In this document: in pieces, positions 13,240 to 35,400 of the stretch
Numbering within the stretch: position 1 is the stretch's first letter
Layout: each line of letters starts with the position of its first letter
NCBI GenBank assembly: GCA_012295275.1
Contig: CM022669.1
Location: 13,950,001 to 14,014,000, forward strand
DNA length: 64,000 nucleotides
From: Chrysomallon squamiferum
Lineage: Eukaryota; Animalia; Mollusca
Reading direction: 5' to 3'
Translations under genes and position numbers: made by a program
Notes under the pieces: generated by a model
What the model saw: the letters and a program-made list of their open reading frames with translations, nothing else
What the model was told of the DNA's origin: nothing
Database searches by the model: none

Positions 13240-14542
13240 ATTAATTAATTAATTAATTATCAGAGAATAATCTTTCAGACTGGCACAAAAACGCACACCC
13301 TATCTCAGTATTAATATAAGTATCTTTGTATTTATATATGTATGAGTTTATATACATATATATATACACACACACACATATATATATATATACGTGTGTG
13401 TGTGTGTGTGTGTGTACAAATGCATGTATGTATGCTGTGTGTGTATATGGATAAATGTGAATATTCTCATGTACATCTGATTAGATTCTGCACAAAGACG
13501 GAATGGGACCATTTTAATATGGAAACTTTAGACATTGTTATAAAGTTATCTGTTAGTAATCTCAAAAGTAGTTATTATTATTATTGCCTATCGTTTTACT
13601 ATACTCACTGTTGACGTCAATGATTATTAAAGAATTAACACTTGTCTACGTTGTTTTTATTTACTTGAAATCACTCTGAAAAGAAATTAAAATACACAGT
13701 TTAGAACATGTCGAAACACTAAATATTTAATTATAATCGAATTAATTATGTTTGATTAAACGCTACTAATTAATTATTCAAAATATAAACTGGATAGTTC
13801 ATTTACATAAAGAAAGGATTCTGACCCCACCACATCCTACTAAAACAAAGCCAAAACAAATAATTCAATTATAAAGCATTAGATTTAAAAAGAAACCACC
13901 CACCGATTAACAGAGACTTCCAAAAATCATACATTTCACCCTTAGATTATATAAGAGTTCCACTGATAATGCATGTTGAGTGTATTTTGTTTGTCTCTGC
14001 TTGTTTGCTTTATAAATACATGCAAATCAATGGCAAAAGTACTTTACAGTGAATGGATAATTGAATCGTCAAACGTGTCCTCTTCTTATCTCAATTATAT
14101 TACATTATGCATCGTAACAGCAACAATAACAGTAGCGGCAACAACAAAAACAATAATAATTATGTGGTTTTACATTTTAAAAGAGTACCATGTTAGGAAA
14201 CTCGACATTCCTTCTCATAATATTTATAGAAGGTTCCAACTGCGTAACTGTCCTTTTTTTTACCATTTACGTTTATCTGTATGACGTCACCGGAGCGCGA
14301 GCTACGATTAACTTCTGCTGATAATACAACTTGTTAAATATAAAATAATAATTCGACTTGTTAAACTTTCGTTGGAGAGGTTAATAACAAATAATAATTT
14401 TATCATTATCTCATTATTCTGATTCCTTCAGTTAAGAAACAATAAATACAATTTTGTAGACTGACTTTTCATGCTAACATTTCTGTTCAACCTGATTATA
14501 TATTAAATTGTTTACGAAATAAACCAGTACTATGGTCTAGAC

Positions 14543-14722
14543 CAGTGCCGTGCACTTAATAAATTTGATTGATTTATATTTAAATCGAAAAAGGTTTATT
14601 TTATGTTTCAGATACCTTACTTTCTCATAATATTTGTCAGCATTAACCCTTATTCTTGAGGCGTTGGGGCATACAATCAAGTACTTAGCCCCAGGCATCA
14701 CCAGACCCTCTGCACGCCACTG
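14543..14722. mobile_element. hAT-type MITE (180 bp)
   Basis: TIRs CAGTGCCGTGCA / TGCACGCCACTG (1 mismatch). Flanking 8-bp TSD GTCTAGAC (14535-14542) / GTATAGAC (14723-14730), 7/8 identical. An 8-bp TSD and CAG ends are diagnostic of hAT. Confidence 0.8.
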
Positions 14723-14894
14723 GTATAGACTTGTCTTAAATGTGATATATAATTCCAAGCGGAGCTTCATTAAATTAGGACATTATCCATCTGATGTCTT
14801 TCGTTAAGAAAAACACTTCAGGTAATAATAACAGCAACAACAACAACATAGTAATAATAATAACAAACATTATGCAAAGAAAACAGAAAAATAG

Positions 14895-14929
<35 letters not shown>

Positions 14930-15084
14930 AACAAATATTTATTTATTTTAACTTATTTTATTTTAACACAACCAAACTGCTACCGTTGCAAAGTAATTCT
15001 GTATCTGCATTTTTTTAATCTTTTATGAAAATTTGTATCGAAAATGTTTAATTGAGCCCAGTTAATTCGTTCATTAGCAAACCA

Positions 15085-15149
<65 letters not shown>

Positions 15150-16312
15150 CAATGATAAAAAGAAAATATAGCATCAAATGACATTTCGAAACGTGCACAT
15201 TTCGGTGATTACACTAAGAGATTAATTGTCATAATTAATTCTAACGCATTTTACCTAAAGTAATTTTTTTATTGAACAATCACAGCAATTAACACCACAT
15301 TTTAGAATTTTAAATTTATGAATAATATTATTTTTGAATGTTATTATCATATTAAAGAGTATTCGTTAATTTTTGTGGCCCTTAACGTTAATCCTTCTGA
15401 AAATTGCTATTGATAAAGAATTTATAACCACTTATTATACGGAAGAAATGTTTTAGTCACAAAGCATTGCCATTATAGAAGATCATCAGAATTAATTATC
15501 AAACCATATCATTTGGGAGTAATCTTATTAGGCCTGGAACGTTACGAAGGAATCATCGATTATTATCATGCTTGTTCATGTTTTCGTCAACAACATGCTT
15601 TCGTGTGACCAATAATTTAGTGAGGCTTGAGAAATTTATGAACAACTTTGTTCTTTTCGTTTTGATCTGACAGTCATTTCCCTACATTAATTCAGAAGTG
15701 AAGATCAATATTTCTAAAACTGATTTTACGAGATCTTGTCGTTCAAAACTAATTATTCGTTACTGCGCTCGGGCAGCCATTCTGTTACGATAGCTTAGGA
15801 GTCCAGCAAAAATCTTTGCACAAACTGTAGCGAGGGCCGAATTTAGATGTGGTAGGGCCCTTAACTATGGATAACTTCAGAAAGCCTGTCTGACGAAATC
15901 GGTGTATAATTTAAGTGACAGCGAGGCCATAAGAAGTAGCTTTTTAAAGCATATAATTAAATCCGACCTTGGATGTGTTGAAGAGGTAAATATTTTATGT
16001 GTGTGTGTGTGTGTGTGTGTGTGTTTACATCTATATAGCTATGTATGTATTTGTATGTAAAATGTCTGTCTTTATTTGTTGTGCGTGCCCGATCTTTGTT
16101 TGAGTAGCATTGTGTCAAACTGTTCTAAAATAATATTTGACTAATTATAAAATATTATTTCTGCTTTTTCAAAACCTTTTTCTTTTTTAATTTTTAATTT
16201 TCGAAAAGGAAATACTGAGCAAAATCTTCAGATGTATGCCGTCTTTTTATTTCTTTCCATTGTTTCCCATATCTCCGTTTTCGTTGGACTACTGCTGATC
16301 ATAAAACATTCC

Positions 16313-16446
<134 letters not shown>

Positions 16447-17086
16447 ACGAAATATTATATCAGAAAGACATTGGAAATGTTAACAAAATAAACATAATTC
16501 AGTCCAAAATGATTTTTTAATCAATGATTTAATAAGTAAATAAAAATAAAAAAGAAAAAGAAAAAATAACCAACAAGAATATAAATTATTAAAGCATAAA
16601 ATTTATTTCTCAAACGAAACATTCTGAATGAAATTTTCATGCCTTTTAAAAATTCATCACTTTATGTTGTTTTATTACTATTATCGTTTATATTCTACAA
16701 TTATCCTTCCAGATCGGCGGTGAATGTTTTTTATATAAATTTTCGTGGTCTTTTTTTTTTTAACCCTTCTTTTTCTACTTTTTAAAAATGACTAAAATAC
16801 AAACACCTATTCATAGGTCTTTTTAAACATTATAATTATCTGTTTCATAAAAATTGAGGCAGCTTTTATTATTATCTTCAGTTTTAAATTAACTTTGGGT
16901 TGACTGATGGTAATGTATTTTTTATTTTCTTTCTAATATAAATCGATTTCAATAAAGTTTTATTAACGTCTGGCTTTTTTCATAAACTGAAAAACTCTAT
17001 ACATTTAAAAGCTGTGAATTCGTTTCTTTCCTTGACTGATTTTTACATTACTCACTTTAACTAGGAAAGATTACAGTTTGTAGTAA

Positions 17087-17134
<48 letters not shown>

Positions 17135-17369
17135 AAGGATAATAAACATAACAATATACATTTCTCTGATCAAATGACCAAATGAAACAGAAAAAAAAAA
17201 AATAATAATAATAAGTGACTCGTGTCTTCAGCTTATTTTGCTCCTTAAGAAATCTATTCTTTTGTGAATGCAATTACAACTTGCAGTCAGATTACGTATT
17301 AAACTGACACATACGTTATGTACAAATATTTTATATATATATAAATATATAAATAGATTAGAGTGTGCT

Positions 17370-24527
<7,158 letters not shown>

Positions 24528-25481
24528 CTCAAGTTAGTCTGTGTGGACGTCTTTCTAGTCAAAGTTCTGTGTCGATACTGTTCCAGCTACACTAGCAGAG
24601 AATTACGCTCGAGACCTTGTCAGTTTTTTTTCTAATATAGTCAAATACACAAATTCGTATGGCAATTTCCAGCTACTGACTGTCAATCTCAGATTAGTTT
24701 CTCGGACAGAAAATTTGTCAGTTAGTTCGGAAGTAATTCTAAACTGGTGTAAGACATAACGCTTCTGGTTCCAAACTAAACAAACAATAAAATTATAAAG
24801 TTCCTGTAAACGAAACTTATCGCAGACAAACACTATCACTCGCATATTTACGGATAGATGGTACTGTAACGATAAAACTAATTCACTGTGTAAGATTTCT
24901 TCTTCTTCTTCTTTTCTGAGTAGAACATGAGCAAAACGAAATAATAAATTTAACAACTATAGCATTATACATTTCAAATATAGTTATTATGATCACAGAC
25001 ATAAAAGAAGGATTCAAATTCATTATTATTATTTCGTTATTATTATTTCATTATTGATAACAATCAGCGGCATATAGCTAGCTCAACAAGGCAAAGGGCA
25101 AAAGCACCCCTCCCCCCAAATACAAATCGGGCGAAACTATGGAGAAAATTTTGGGAAAGTCAGAAAAAATCTGGTACTATTTAATCCGCGTAGAATTTGA
25201 GGCAACCCTCTTGATCATTAATCAAAGGGTCCCCATGAACCTGTGATAATAATTAACATATGTCTTTCCTCTATAAGAGACTGTAATGAAAAATGTCCTT
25301 CAGTCCTCTCATTTAGTGTCTCCATGTGAAAGAATGCTGTCATGCAATAAAATTCGGAAAACTAATTTGATGCCCTACACTCTTGAATTAACATAAACCA
25401 GAATATAACGTAGATGGTATCTTTTTCACTTTTATAATTCAATATTAAGGTGCGTATAATGGTGCAAACTGTAACACACAC

Positions 25482-25518
<37 letters not shown>

Positions 25519-26581
25519 CACACATGTTGTAAAATATAATAATAATTCTAAATTCTAAATATACGAAGACAGATCGATTTCATCACATTGTTAAGTAATA
25601 AATTTGCATTAAATGCTAACAACGCAATACCTGAAAATAATACCTTGTCTCTCTTCTTTTTTTTTTACATTATAACCGTCATTTTTCCCGAGGTCGTTTC
25701 TCCATACAAACAAAACTCGTTTCTTGACGTCATATCCTGCACGCGAGTTGTAAAAATGGCTATAAATATTTATTTTTAATGTTACTTCTTGTTGTTATTA
25801 TTGCAGAATACATATTTAACCATTTCGGTAAAAAAAAACTCTGCCCACGTAAGAATAATATGCTTCTAATCTCGGAAACATAAAACAAGAGATATCAACA
25901 TTTCTATTTTATTTCAAACAGATAAATCTGTTTATCAATAAACCGATAAGGCTAGTCACATAATCTGCCCCAAAACATTAACGCCAAGTTTTTTTCTTTT
26001 GTTTGTTTTTTTTTTTTATTTTTTCTTCTGCAGCTGCTAATATTAATATTGCTAATATCACTACTGCTGATACTGCTACTGCTACAATTTCTATTAAAAC
26101 TACTACCACCACCACAACTACAACTACCACCACAACTACTATTATTTCTGCATCTAACAATTACAATTAAACGTTTTAAATTAACATATACCTGTTTTTG
26201 ATTTTTTTTTTTTCAAAAAAAAAAATAATCATTACACAAAATGCAAATTCCAAATTATACAAAGAATTGTTGAAAAAAAAAAAAATAATAATAATAATAA
26301 AAATACAATTACACTTAATGATATGTATCTGCATATGACAAGGCTACACAGCCTGCATATATCAAGGTGAAGTCTGTCAAATTTTGATTTGTTCAAATTT
26401 TAGGCATCGTATAGGCCTGGCGTGTGTTAAATATAACTGAGGACTCGCCATTTGGGATTTAAAAGTATTTAGTAATGGAAATTGGTTTTAGTAACCACGG
26501 ATTCGATAAAATCTTTGAGACTCAGATTGGAAAGGAGGAAACGTTAACAGTTCCTCCATGTTTTTGTAGTCTGAAAATGCA

Positions 26582-26619
<38 letters not shown>

Positions 26620-27183
26620 TGAGATGTGGCAGACATTAAAACAAGTATTGATGTATCTATTATCTACACTAATTCGGAAACACCGTATCAATTTCTAATT
26701 CAAAATGTTACTAATTTATCAAAGAAAAATACTGGTTTTTATTTTTGTTAAGATATTTAAACTTATGACTTTTTATGAGAGCTGAGTAAAATATATAAAT
26801 TAAAGTTATTAAAAACATAATAATAATAATAATTCAAAAAGAGGTAATTCTAGCTGCTAAAAATTAGACAAAGATGTCTAACAAATGTCTCTGACTCAAT
26901 ATTAGTTCAGAAATGGGACCGTACGAACTTCCCCATTTCTATCACTGATCGTCCTCTTCAGAAGGTGTGCAGGGGTTTTACTGATATGAACTATGAGCTT
27001 ATTATGTTTTTATTAAAGTTAATTTATACTATTATGAAAATCACTTCTATATACCTTTTTTCATCCATGACTATTTATACTTTTTAAATATATTTTACAT
27101 GGTAACTGTAAGGAAGAGCCAGGTAAAAAAAAAATACTTCTGTTTTCGTTCCTCCTTAAATGTGTTTTTATTTCATTTGCATA

Positions 27184-27226
<43 letters not shown>

Positions 27227-27635
27227 ACATATATATATATAGTCATAGCGTTTTCTGCTGGAATCTCCCTAACCCTTTGGCTCTTATTTGTGTTGCTTTC
27301 CGCCATCGGGCACGTTCCACATCATGATATATAACAGCTGATAAGTGCTGCCTGATAACAAATTAATATTTATAATAAATTGATCATCTTGTATGTATGT
27401 ACGTAATAATCAAATTGGGAAACCAGTCATTCCGTCTAATATAAATTCAAAAAGGATGTTACAAAGAGATTTCAAAATTAGTATATAATATTTGTTCGGT
27501 TTGAAGTAAACTTTTCCAATGGAATGAGTAAAGAAAATAGACAGGTTCTAGTTAAAGGTACGTGCATGTATTTCGCAGATAAACAATAAGCTTGGTTTGA
27601 CAGCTCAACATGTGGCTATTAACAAGAATTTGTTT

Positions 27636-27752
27636 ACTTCCTCTGGGCATGCGCAACAGAAACAATATGGCTGAAACGTGTACATTTGATTCATCTATCA
27701 AATGATCAGTTTGGCCGGTTTGTGTTCTTCCTGGTGATATCTTTTGTGTTAT
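27636..27752 (+). promoter_or_regulatory. Putative promoter and non-coding first exon of the OTUD7-like gene
   Basis: ETS-like ACTTCCT (27636), NRF1-like GGCATGCGCA (27646), YY1-like AATATGGC (27664), then a strong donor GTAAGT at 27753. The matching acceptor TTTCAG at about 29341 precedes the ATG exon. Confidence 0.5.
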
Positions 27753-28102
27753 GTAAGTTGCATTTGCTTTAATATGTTGGCTCTACTCAACAAAAAATAG
27801 TCCGTTTATCAAGTACGATTAGCGTTCCCCCCCAAAAAAAAGTTCATGAAATGCCGAGACTGTCTTCTTGCTGTGAATGTCTATGTCACTATGTCAGTAT
27901 GTGTGCTCTATTAACATGACACCGATACTTCCAATATATCGTTGCATCGATACCTTTTTAGCCCCGCTATTTAAATATTGACCTTTGTCTTTCAGATATA
28001 ATAACTGATAAATGATATGCAAACTAATTGTTCCAATCTGAGAATATTAAAACACTGCGTTATTCGAACGTCTGACCTAGCTTTCAAATTTAAGTTTGAA
28101 GT

Positions 28103-28786
28103 AACTTTATGACTCATAGTTGTGATACATAGAAGTTATTCTTAAGATAGCGTTTCATTTCTAAATATTGCCATTTTAAGGATGTTATTAACATTCACTC
28201 AAACTGTGAATGTTTATCCCATTTAGATAATCTTATAATATTGCCAAAATTTAGTTTACTTTTGAATGGTTGAAAACATGTTGACATCTCAACTTCTCAA
28301 GGCATTAACGTGACTAAGTAACGTGTGTTTGTTCTAATGTTAGAAATTATACAGTGCTATTGCTTTTTTCTTCTGATACACACATAGATACAAATATTTG
28401 TAGTCAACTAAATGCCTGTGTAACAACATTAAACATAAAAACATACAACTTTATGACTCATAGTTGTGATACATAGAAGTTATTCTTAAGATAGCGTTTC
28501 ATTTCTAAATATTGCCATTTTAAGGATGTTATTAACATTCACTCAAACTGTGAATGTTTATCCCATTTAGATAATCTTATAATATTGCCAAAATTTAGTT
28601 TACTTTTGAATGGTTGAAAACATGTTGACATCTCAACTTCTCAAGGCATTAACGTGACTAAGTAACGTGTGTTTGTTCTAATGTTAGAAATTATACAGTG
28701 CTATTGCTTTTTTCTTCTGATACACACATAGATACAAATATTTGTAGTCAACTAAATGCCTGTGTAACAACATTAAACATAAAAAC
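28103..28786. repeat. Perfect 340-bp tandem duplication (28103-28442 and 28447-28786)
   Basis: AACTTTATGACTCATAGTTG...CATTAAACATAAAAAC is repeated with a 4-bp spacer (ATAC). No mismatches were seen by eye. Confidence 0.95.
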
Positions 28787-29404
28787 TAAAACCAGTTGAA
28801 CTTGCTAGCCAGCTTCTGGTGTTCAGAATTAATTGTAGCAGACATTTATCATGAAAAATAAATGTTTTTATCACAGTCTGTTACATTTTACTGGAGAGTT
28901 GAAGCTAGCTTGGAAATATGCATTGCTTTTCACAATCAGTTAAAAAACTTAAATATTATTAATACTAAATATAATTATACATCGCCAAATATTTTTTAAA
29001 CTTGCTTTTCTGGATTCTATAATAATTCTGATACGCTGTAAGTCATTTTACAATTTTCAAGAATTAAAAACCATAATAAAGTAACATTTGTCTTCAAGAT
29101 GGAGTCATTTTTAATTTTTTAATACAGTTTCTAAAAAGAAATGGTGAAAGTGATAACAAAAGTTGTAAAATAAACTTTAATTTTATTTTCCTTCAGTAAT
29201 ACGAACTCTCTCTCTCTCTTTCTCTCTCTCTGTCAAAATGTTTATGAAGATATTTTTTGATATATATTAATTCATTGCAAACCTAAAATTTAATTATTTA
29301 TATTTTCTGATTATTAGTTTCTCTTTTCAATTTTCTTTCAGCATTGGAGACAGTCAGGTTATTGTTTATTACAATTGTAAGAATGCAAGTGATTCTGTTT
29401 GAGA

Positions 29405-32400
29405 ATGGCTTCTGCAGTTTCACAGAGCGAAAAAGCAAGAATATTAGAGGAGCTTGTAAACAACACGGTAGCCGATAAAAACTTTGCTCTCAAAGTACTA
29501 AATGGTTTGTACACACATATATAAAGATAGATAGATACACAGACAGATATATATACAAACAAATTCAGTATTTATCATTAGTTTTCAATCTGACATCTAT
29601 ATATAAAGACAGATAAATAGATAGATACATACATACATACATACATACATACACATTCATTATAATTAGTTTTCAGTCTGACATCCATATGTTCCCATGA
29701 AGTATATATGAAAAGAGCTACTTTCAATATTATTGAAAGTGGAATAAAAAAGTTATTTCATATTTTAAGATTATATCTTGTTGATATTAGATAATTAAAC
29801 TATGTCACTTTATGTGATCAGTTGAATGGAAGTAGTAATGAAACCAGGAACTAAATGGTATGAACCTAAGCGATGTCTTTTATGTCACATTGTAACTGTA
29901 ATTTTATAGTTACTTGAATAGAAAACGTTACATTGCTGCTGTTAGAAAGAAAACTGAGAGTTAGTCTAATAACAGTTGCTATATATATTTTTTATTATCA
30001 TAACTTTTGAATGTGTATGAATGTATATATGTTATTAGTGTTCACAATATTTTCAAACCAGTTTTATAAAATGTTTTATATTAAATATATTATAAAACTT
30101 TGATCATATTCAGCTCTCTTAACATTTTTGTTTTGATAATGCAGATAGCAATTGGAACATTAATGAGGCCTACAAAGTGATTGAGCGCATGTGTCAGAAC
30201 TCAAAACCGCTGCCAAAAGAAGATGAAAATTCAGATGGCCGGCAGACTGGTGAAATAACTGTTTTATCAGAAAAGGGTGGTATATCCATTCCTGTCCAGC
30301 ACCTTTATACTGGAGTAGGCAGCGCATTGGAGGTGAATCAACATGCACCTCTTGGAAAAGGTGACACGTTTCCAATGCACAGGCAAACAAACAATGCCAG
30401 TCGTTACCCTGTTTACTCAGATGTACACAATGACAGGAACCCGCAGATCAGAGCTGGAATCAAGACAGTGTTGTCAGACAGGATGTTACCTGTACAAGTG
30501 GAGAAAGGTTCGGCCATTAAACTGTCCAATCCAACATCAGGTGCAATCAGTGAACAGCAGACGAGAGCCAGTACCATTCAAGTGAAGCCAGCCAGAGGTA
30601 CTGCCTCCATCGGATTGCACCAGAATCACCAGCCCTCCAGTGTGGCCACAGGGGAGCTGAGAACAACCAGGGTTTCTGTAGCACCGGCCAGAGTCAGCAT
30701 GTCTGAACCAAAGGCCTCGGTGCAACAGAAACTTACAGGAGGGAACCTTGTCAATAACACTTCTGGCAAAAGTAAAAGTGATCGGTGTGAAAACACAGGT
30801 GTTGAAGCTAAGTCCTGCTATCCAGCTCACAACAGTAGGACATCTTTACATTCAAAAAGAGACATGGTCATAGACTAAACTCTCAGTGATTTTTATATTT
30901 TTAGTTCAAATGATGAAATAGTTTCATTTAATTTAAATAAATATTATTTCATTTTTAACCTTATAATTACAAGGGATACAGTTTGATACTGTAAGCTAAT
31001 GACCATGTTTCTTTAATATTTTTTTATTACTTCTTTAAAAAAGTAAGTCCATTGTTTCAGATATATAATTTAATAACATGATATATGTTATCATAAAGTT
31101 TATTTGAAAATTAATTTTAAAAGTGAGCAATAATAATGATAATTATTATAATAGTAATAATAATAAGAAAAACAACAACAACAACAAGACTTAAATAACA
31201 GATTAATATGATCATAAAATGATATAGGATAAATTTAACATTCACTGGTACAAATTGTTAAATTTAGGCTGAATTTGTTCTCTTTTTTTTTCCAGTTCCA
31301 AAGCTTCGTAGAGGTATTTCCAACATCCTGGAGAATATGTCTTTAGTGAATGAAGCGCGTAGCAATTTCCTTCATGATATCAAGGAAGATGGTCACAACC
31401 ATATATTCTTGCTCACCTTCCAGCTGCCTGACTTGACAGTCTACCCTGATGACTTCAGAGCCTTCCTACAGAAAGAACTCATAGAAACATCCACTCTGGT
31501 TTCCCTTGAACAAGCAGGTACTAAGTCATGAGTCATTTATTTCTGCAGATAGTTCTTTTTATTTCATGAACGTTAATCATTTGTTGTTGTTTTTTTTAAA
31601 GATGAAAATGAGATGAAACACAGATGTTAATAAAACAGTGGATTTATTGATGAAATAAAGAGATGTAATAAAGTCACATAATTGCTTCTTTTCCTTCTTT
31701 AAAGAGAATATTAATGATTTTGCATGTCGTATTCTAAGTATTTCATAAATTTATGATTCTGTTACAGTTCCAGCTAACTAAACAGATAAAAGTTGGCTAA
31801 AATTAAAATAAAAAGGTGTTTGTGGTGGTGGTGGGGGTGAGCATGCAACAGACCTCAATTTTGTTTTATATCATTTTTAAATAGTGCTATTTTTCTCTTT
31901 TTTTTATTCAATTTCATTTCTGTGCAAGATGGTTGCAGTGTTTAAATTATAAGAACAAGAATTTTACTTGTGTTAGAAATGATACTAATAGGGTTAAAAC
32001 TGTTCTTTGTTGTGGGAGAAAAACGTTTACATTTTCTTTAAAATGCAAAACAAAAACTTTTCTTTTATTTCTATAGGAAGACTTAACTGGTGGGCAGAAC
32101 TGAGAATCTGTCAGCGGTTGTTGCCTATGGCAACAACTGGAGATGGTAATTGTCTTCTTCATGCTGCATCCCTTGGTACGTTTTATGTTATTATTATTGT
32201 TATTACTGTTATTTGAAGAAGCATGTTTTATGTACACTTTCTGTTGAATATCAGTTAAAATAACTGAAAATCTTCAAAAGAAGTTTGATTGGTTTAGAAA
32301 GCTGATCTCAGAGCTTCACTTGAAAATAAAATGAAAAAGGTACAGTGGGCTGTCAACAATGACATCATTAATTCGTAGCAGTTGAAAAACAAAATAGATT

Positions 32401-35400
32401 TACAGCAGTGTAACGTGTCAGTATAAAATTTTGAATTTATCCTTTGCTTAAAATAAAAAATAATAACATCATAAAGGTACTAGAATAAATGCATGAGATC
32501 TGTTTAATCATTTCATCTTGGTATCATTTTATTTCAGCTATGTGTGGCATTCATGATCGTCAGTTGATTTTAAGAAATGCATTATATGCTAATCTGACAG
32601 AGGGACCACATTTGCCATCGTTGTACAGACGTTGGAGATGGCAACAGACCATTGCAAATAAAGAAGTACGTTCAGTGCATATAATTTCTTTGAAAAGAAG
32701 AAATGGTTTATTTAATGGCAAACATGAAAGTATATATACTACATATGATTTGATTTGTTTGAACAAAGTAAGGAAGAAATGTTTTATTTATCACAGACTC
32801 AAAAGTATGTACAATTCACCTAATTCAGTTTCTTTAAACAAAGAAATGAATAAATATTTTATTTAATGACAAACATTTGAAAATGATTTGTATAAACAGC
32901 AGTTTCACCTTTTTAAGAATATAAGAGTCTGTGATGATTTCTATCAACATCAATTTAACCTGTTTTAGATTTTGTAGTCACTACAATCACTGGTTTCCAT
33001 AAACATGATCAATTTTACCTTTTTAAGAATGTATAGTCACAGTCTATGATGGTTTCCATAAACATTAGTTTCATCATTTTAAGAATATATAGTCACTGTC
33101 TGTCATGGTTTCCATAAATACGATCACTTTCATCTTTTTTTAGAATATAGAGACTAACAGCTGACTGTTATTAAACACTGTTTGATTAATAGTATCATAT
33201 ATTGTGATGTGTTTACAGTCTGGTTTGGTGCTGTCAGAAGAAGAATGGCGTGCGGAATGGGAAAATCTGCTAAAATTGGCCTCGCTGCAACCACGAACTC
33301 TTCCTGAATCCACCAAGAGAAACAGCTGTTGTGATAGTCCAGTGACTCATGGGTAACTAAACTGATTTCACAGATCTTAGCTGATTTCAAACTGATGAAA
33401 TTTATTATAATTATTAAGAGGTTCCTGAAAGATTTGTATTTTATCACACAGATATATTTTCTGTAATATTACTATTTGTTCAACTTTTACAGCACCATAA
33501 AAGAAGAAACTTTATTTAAGATTAATCTACAAAATACTTAGCTAAACAATTCTGTCTTTTAAAATCAATAATGTCAGCAAGCAGTTTTGATTGTTGTAAT
33601 TCTGAAGTATGTGTAAAACATTACTATTATAATTAAGCTTATTTAAAAAAACTAAAAGTAAAGAACTCCTAAAACCAGAATTTTATTTCAGTACATTGCC
33701 CTTTAGAGTTATTATCATTATTATTATTATTTGGTTTGACAAAAGTATTTGAAATGTTTTCCAGGCCTGCTTCACTGACTGTGTGATGTATATCGTTATT
33801 ATTATCATTATCGTGTTCTTTTAGAAAAAGAATAATTAAACTATCCCTTTTTTTTCTTTTTTCACAGGACTTGCTGTAGTGACCCAGTAGTGTATGAGAG
33901 TTTGGAAGAGTTTCATGTGTTTGTGTTGGCCCATGTCATACAGCGGCCAATCATTGTCGTAGCCGACACGTTCCTCAAAGACTCAAAGGGCGAGCCTCTG
34001 GCTCCTATCCCTTTTGGTGGGATTTACCTTCCTCTAGAAAATCTGGCCAAAACCTGCTACCGCTCACCTCTACTGCTGACCTATGATGCTGCTCACTTCT
34101 CTGCCCTGGTGCCTATGGATCAATCTGGATTGCCCGATGAGATAATGAGCCTTTCTAGTAAGTGGTTGTTAATATGTTATTTAATTTTTTTCTTTTTTTT
34201 GGTCATCTCTGATCATGTTTGGTCTCTTTGTTGCTCACTGTTTATGTTTATGTGTGTGTGTGTGAATGAAAATATTGGTGTGAGTATATATTTATTAGGT
34301 AGATTTTAGATTGAGTTTTCTTTAGCTTGTTTGTTTGTGTGCATGTTTGCATATGTGCATGTGTTTCTGTGTGTTAGAATGATACATTAACATTTGTGCT
34401 GCCTATGTAATAAGCTGAATCATTGTTTACTATTTCTTTTTATTCTCCTGTAGCTGCTATTCCTTTAGTGGACCCAGAGTTTAAACTCCTTCCTCTCCAC
34501 TTCCACGTGGATCCAGGAGAAAAGTATGACTGGACCAAGCCTTCAAACAACAAGGAACTGAAAGAGCTGTCTACAGAGGATAAAATCAACCTTCTGCAGC
34601 AGTATCTTGATGTGGAAAAGTTGACAGTTCCAAATCTAGAGTTGGAGTCGGAGAACGATCGCATGTCTTGTGGATCATATGACTCGGATGATAGTGTGGG
34701 CTGTGCGGGAAACAAGGAGAAGAAAAAGGATGCCAAGGTCTCCCAGCAGATGCAGAATGTTGCCAAGCAGTTTGGTAGCATTGGAAAAAACGTGGGAAAA
34801 AAACTGAAGAAGAATTTTGGAAACATAGGCAAAGGAATGAAAAACATGGAAGAAAAGAAGGGCAAGAAAAAGTCTGTTGGAAATGTTATTACTCAGAGTA
34901 CAAAAGTGATAGCCACAATAGCGACAGATGTCTGCAAGAACACAATATGGTGTGCCAGGCTTACTTTGCAACAGGGCAATAACCATGGAGATCTTTTGAA
35001 AAATTACATGCAAGATGCTGAGCAGAGATTTAACAAGTATCGAGAGCTGATGAAGCAGAAGAATGAGGAAATCAAGAAACGAGTTCCCATTTACCCTGCA
35101 GAAGAACTGCACTGCTCTGTGCCAGGTTGTTATGGACCAGGTGGCCAGAATGCAGGTCATCAGTGTAAGAGGTGTTACGACATTCAGAAGCAGCAGGAGA
35201 GAGGCGGTTCATATCACACATTTCCTAGAGGCAAGGCTCTGGAATTCACAACTGAAACTTGTGGCAGATCCAAGTTCTATGACGCTGTAGAACCAACATC
35301 ATGTCTTCCAAAACAAAAGGCAATCGGTGTCCAGCTCTCCAGTTCTGATAGACAGCATTCCCTTTCTGCTGGTGATGTTTCTTACGCTCCTAGCCGAGGC

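Noticed and set aside
24603-24956. 117-aa minus-strand ORF upstream of paralog B
   Set aside because: It has a non-ATG start and no recognisable composition or splice linkage. An in-frame stop precedes the ATG at 24527, so this region is more likely UTR, intron or promoter.
25063-25243. Possible hAT-like MITE (CAGCGGCATATAGCTAG...CCTG); similar single ends at about 15830, 50085-50112 and 56123
   Set aside because: No convincing paired TIRs or TSD could be identified, so they were not called as features.
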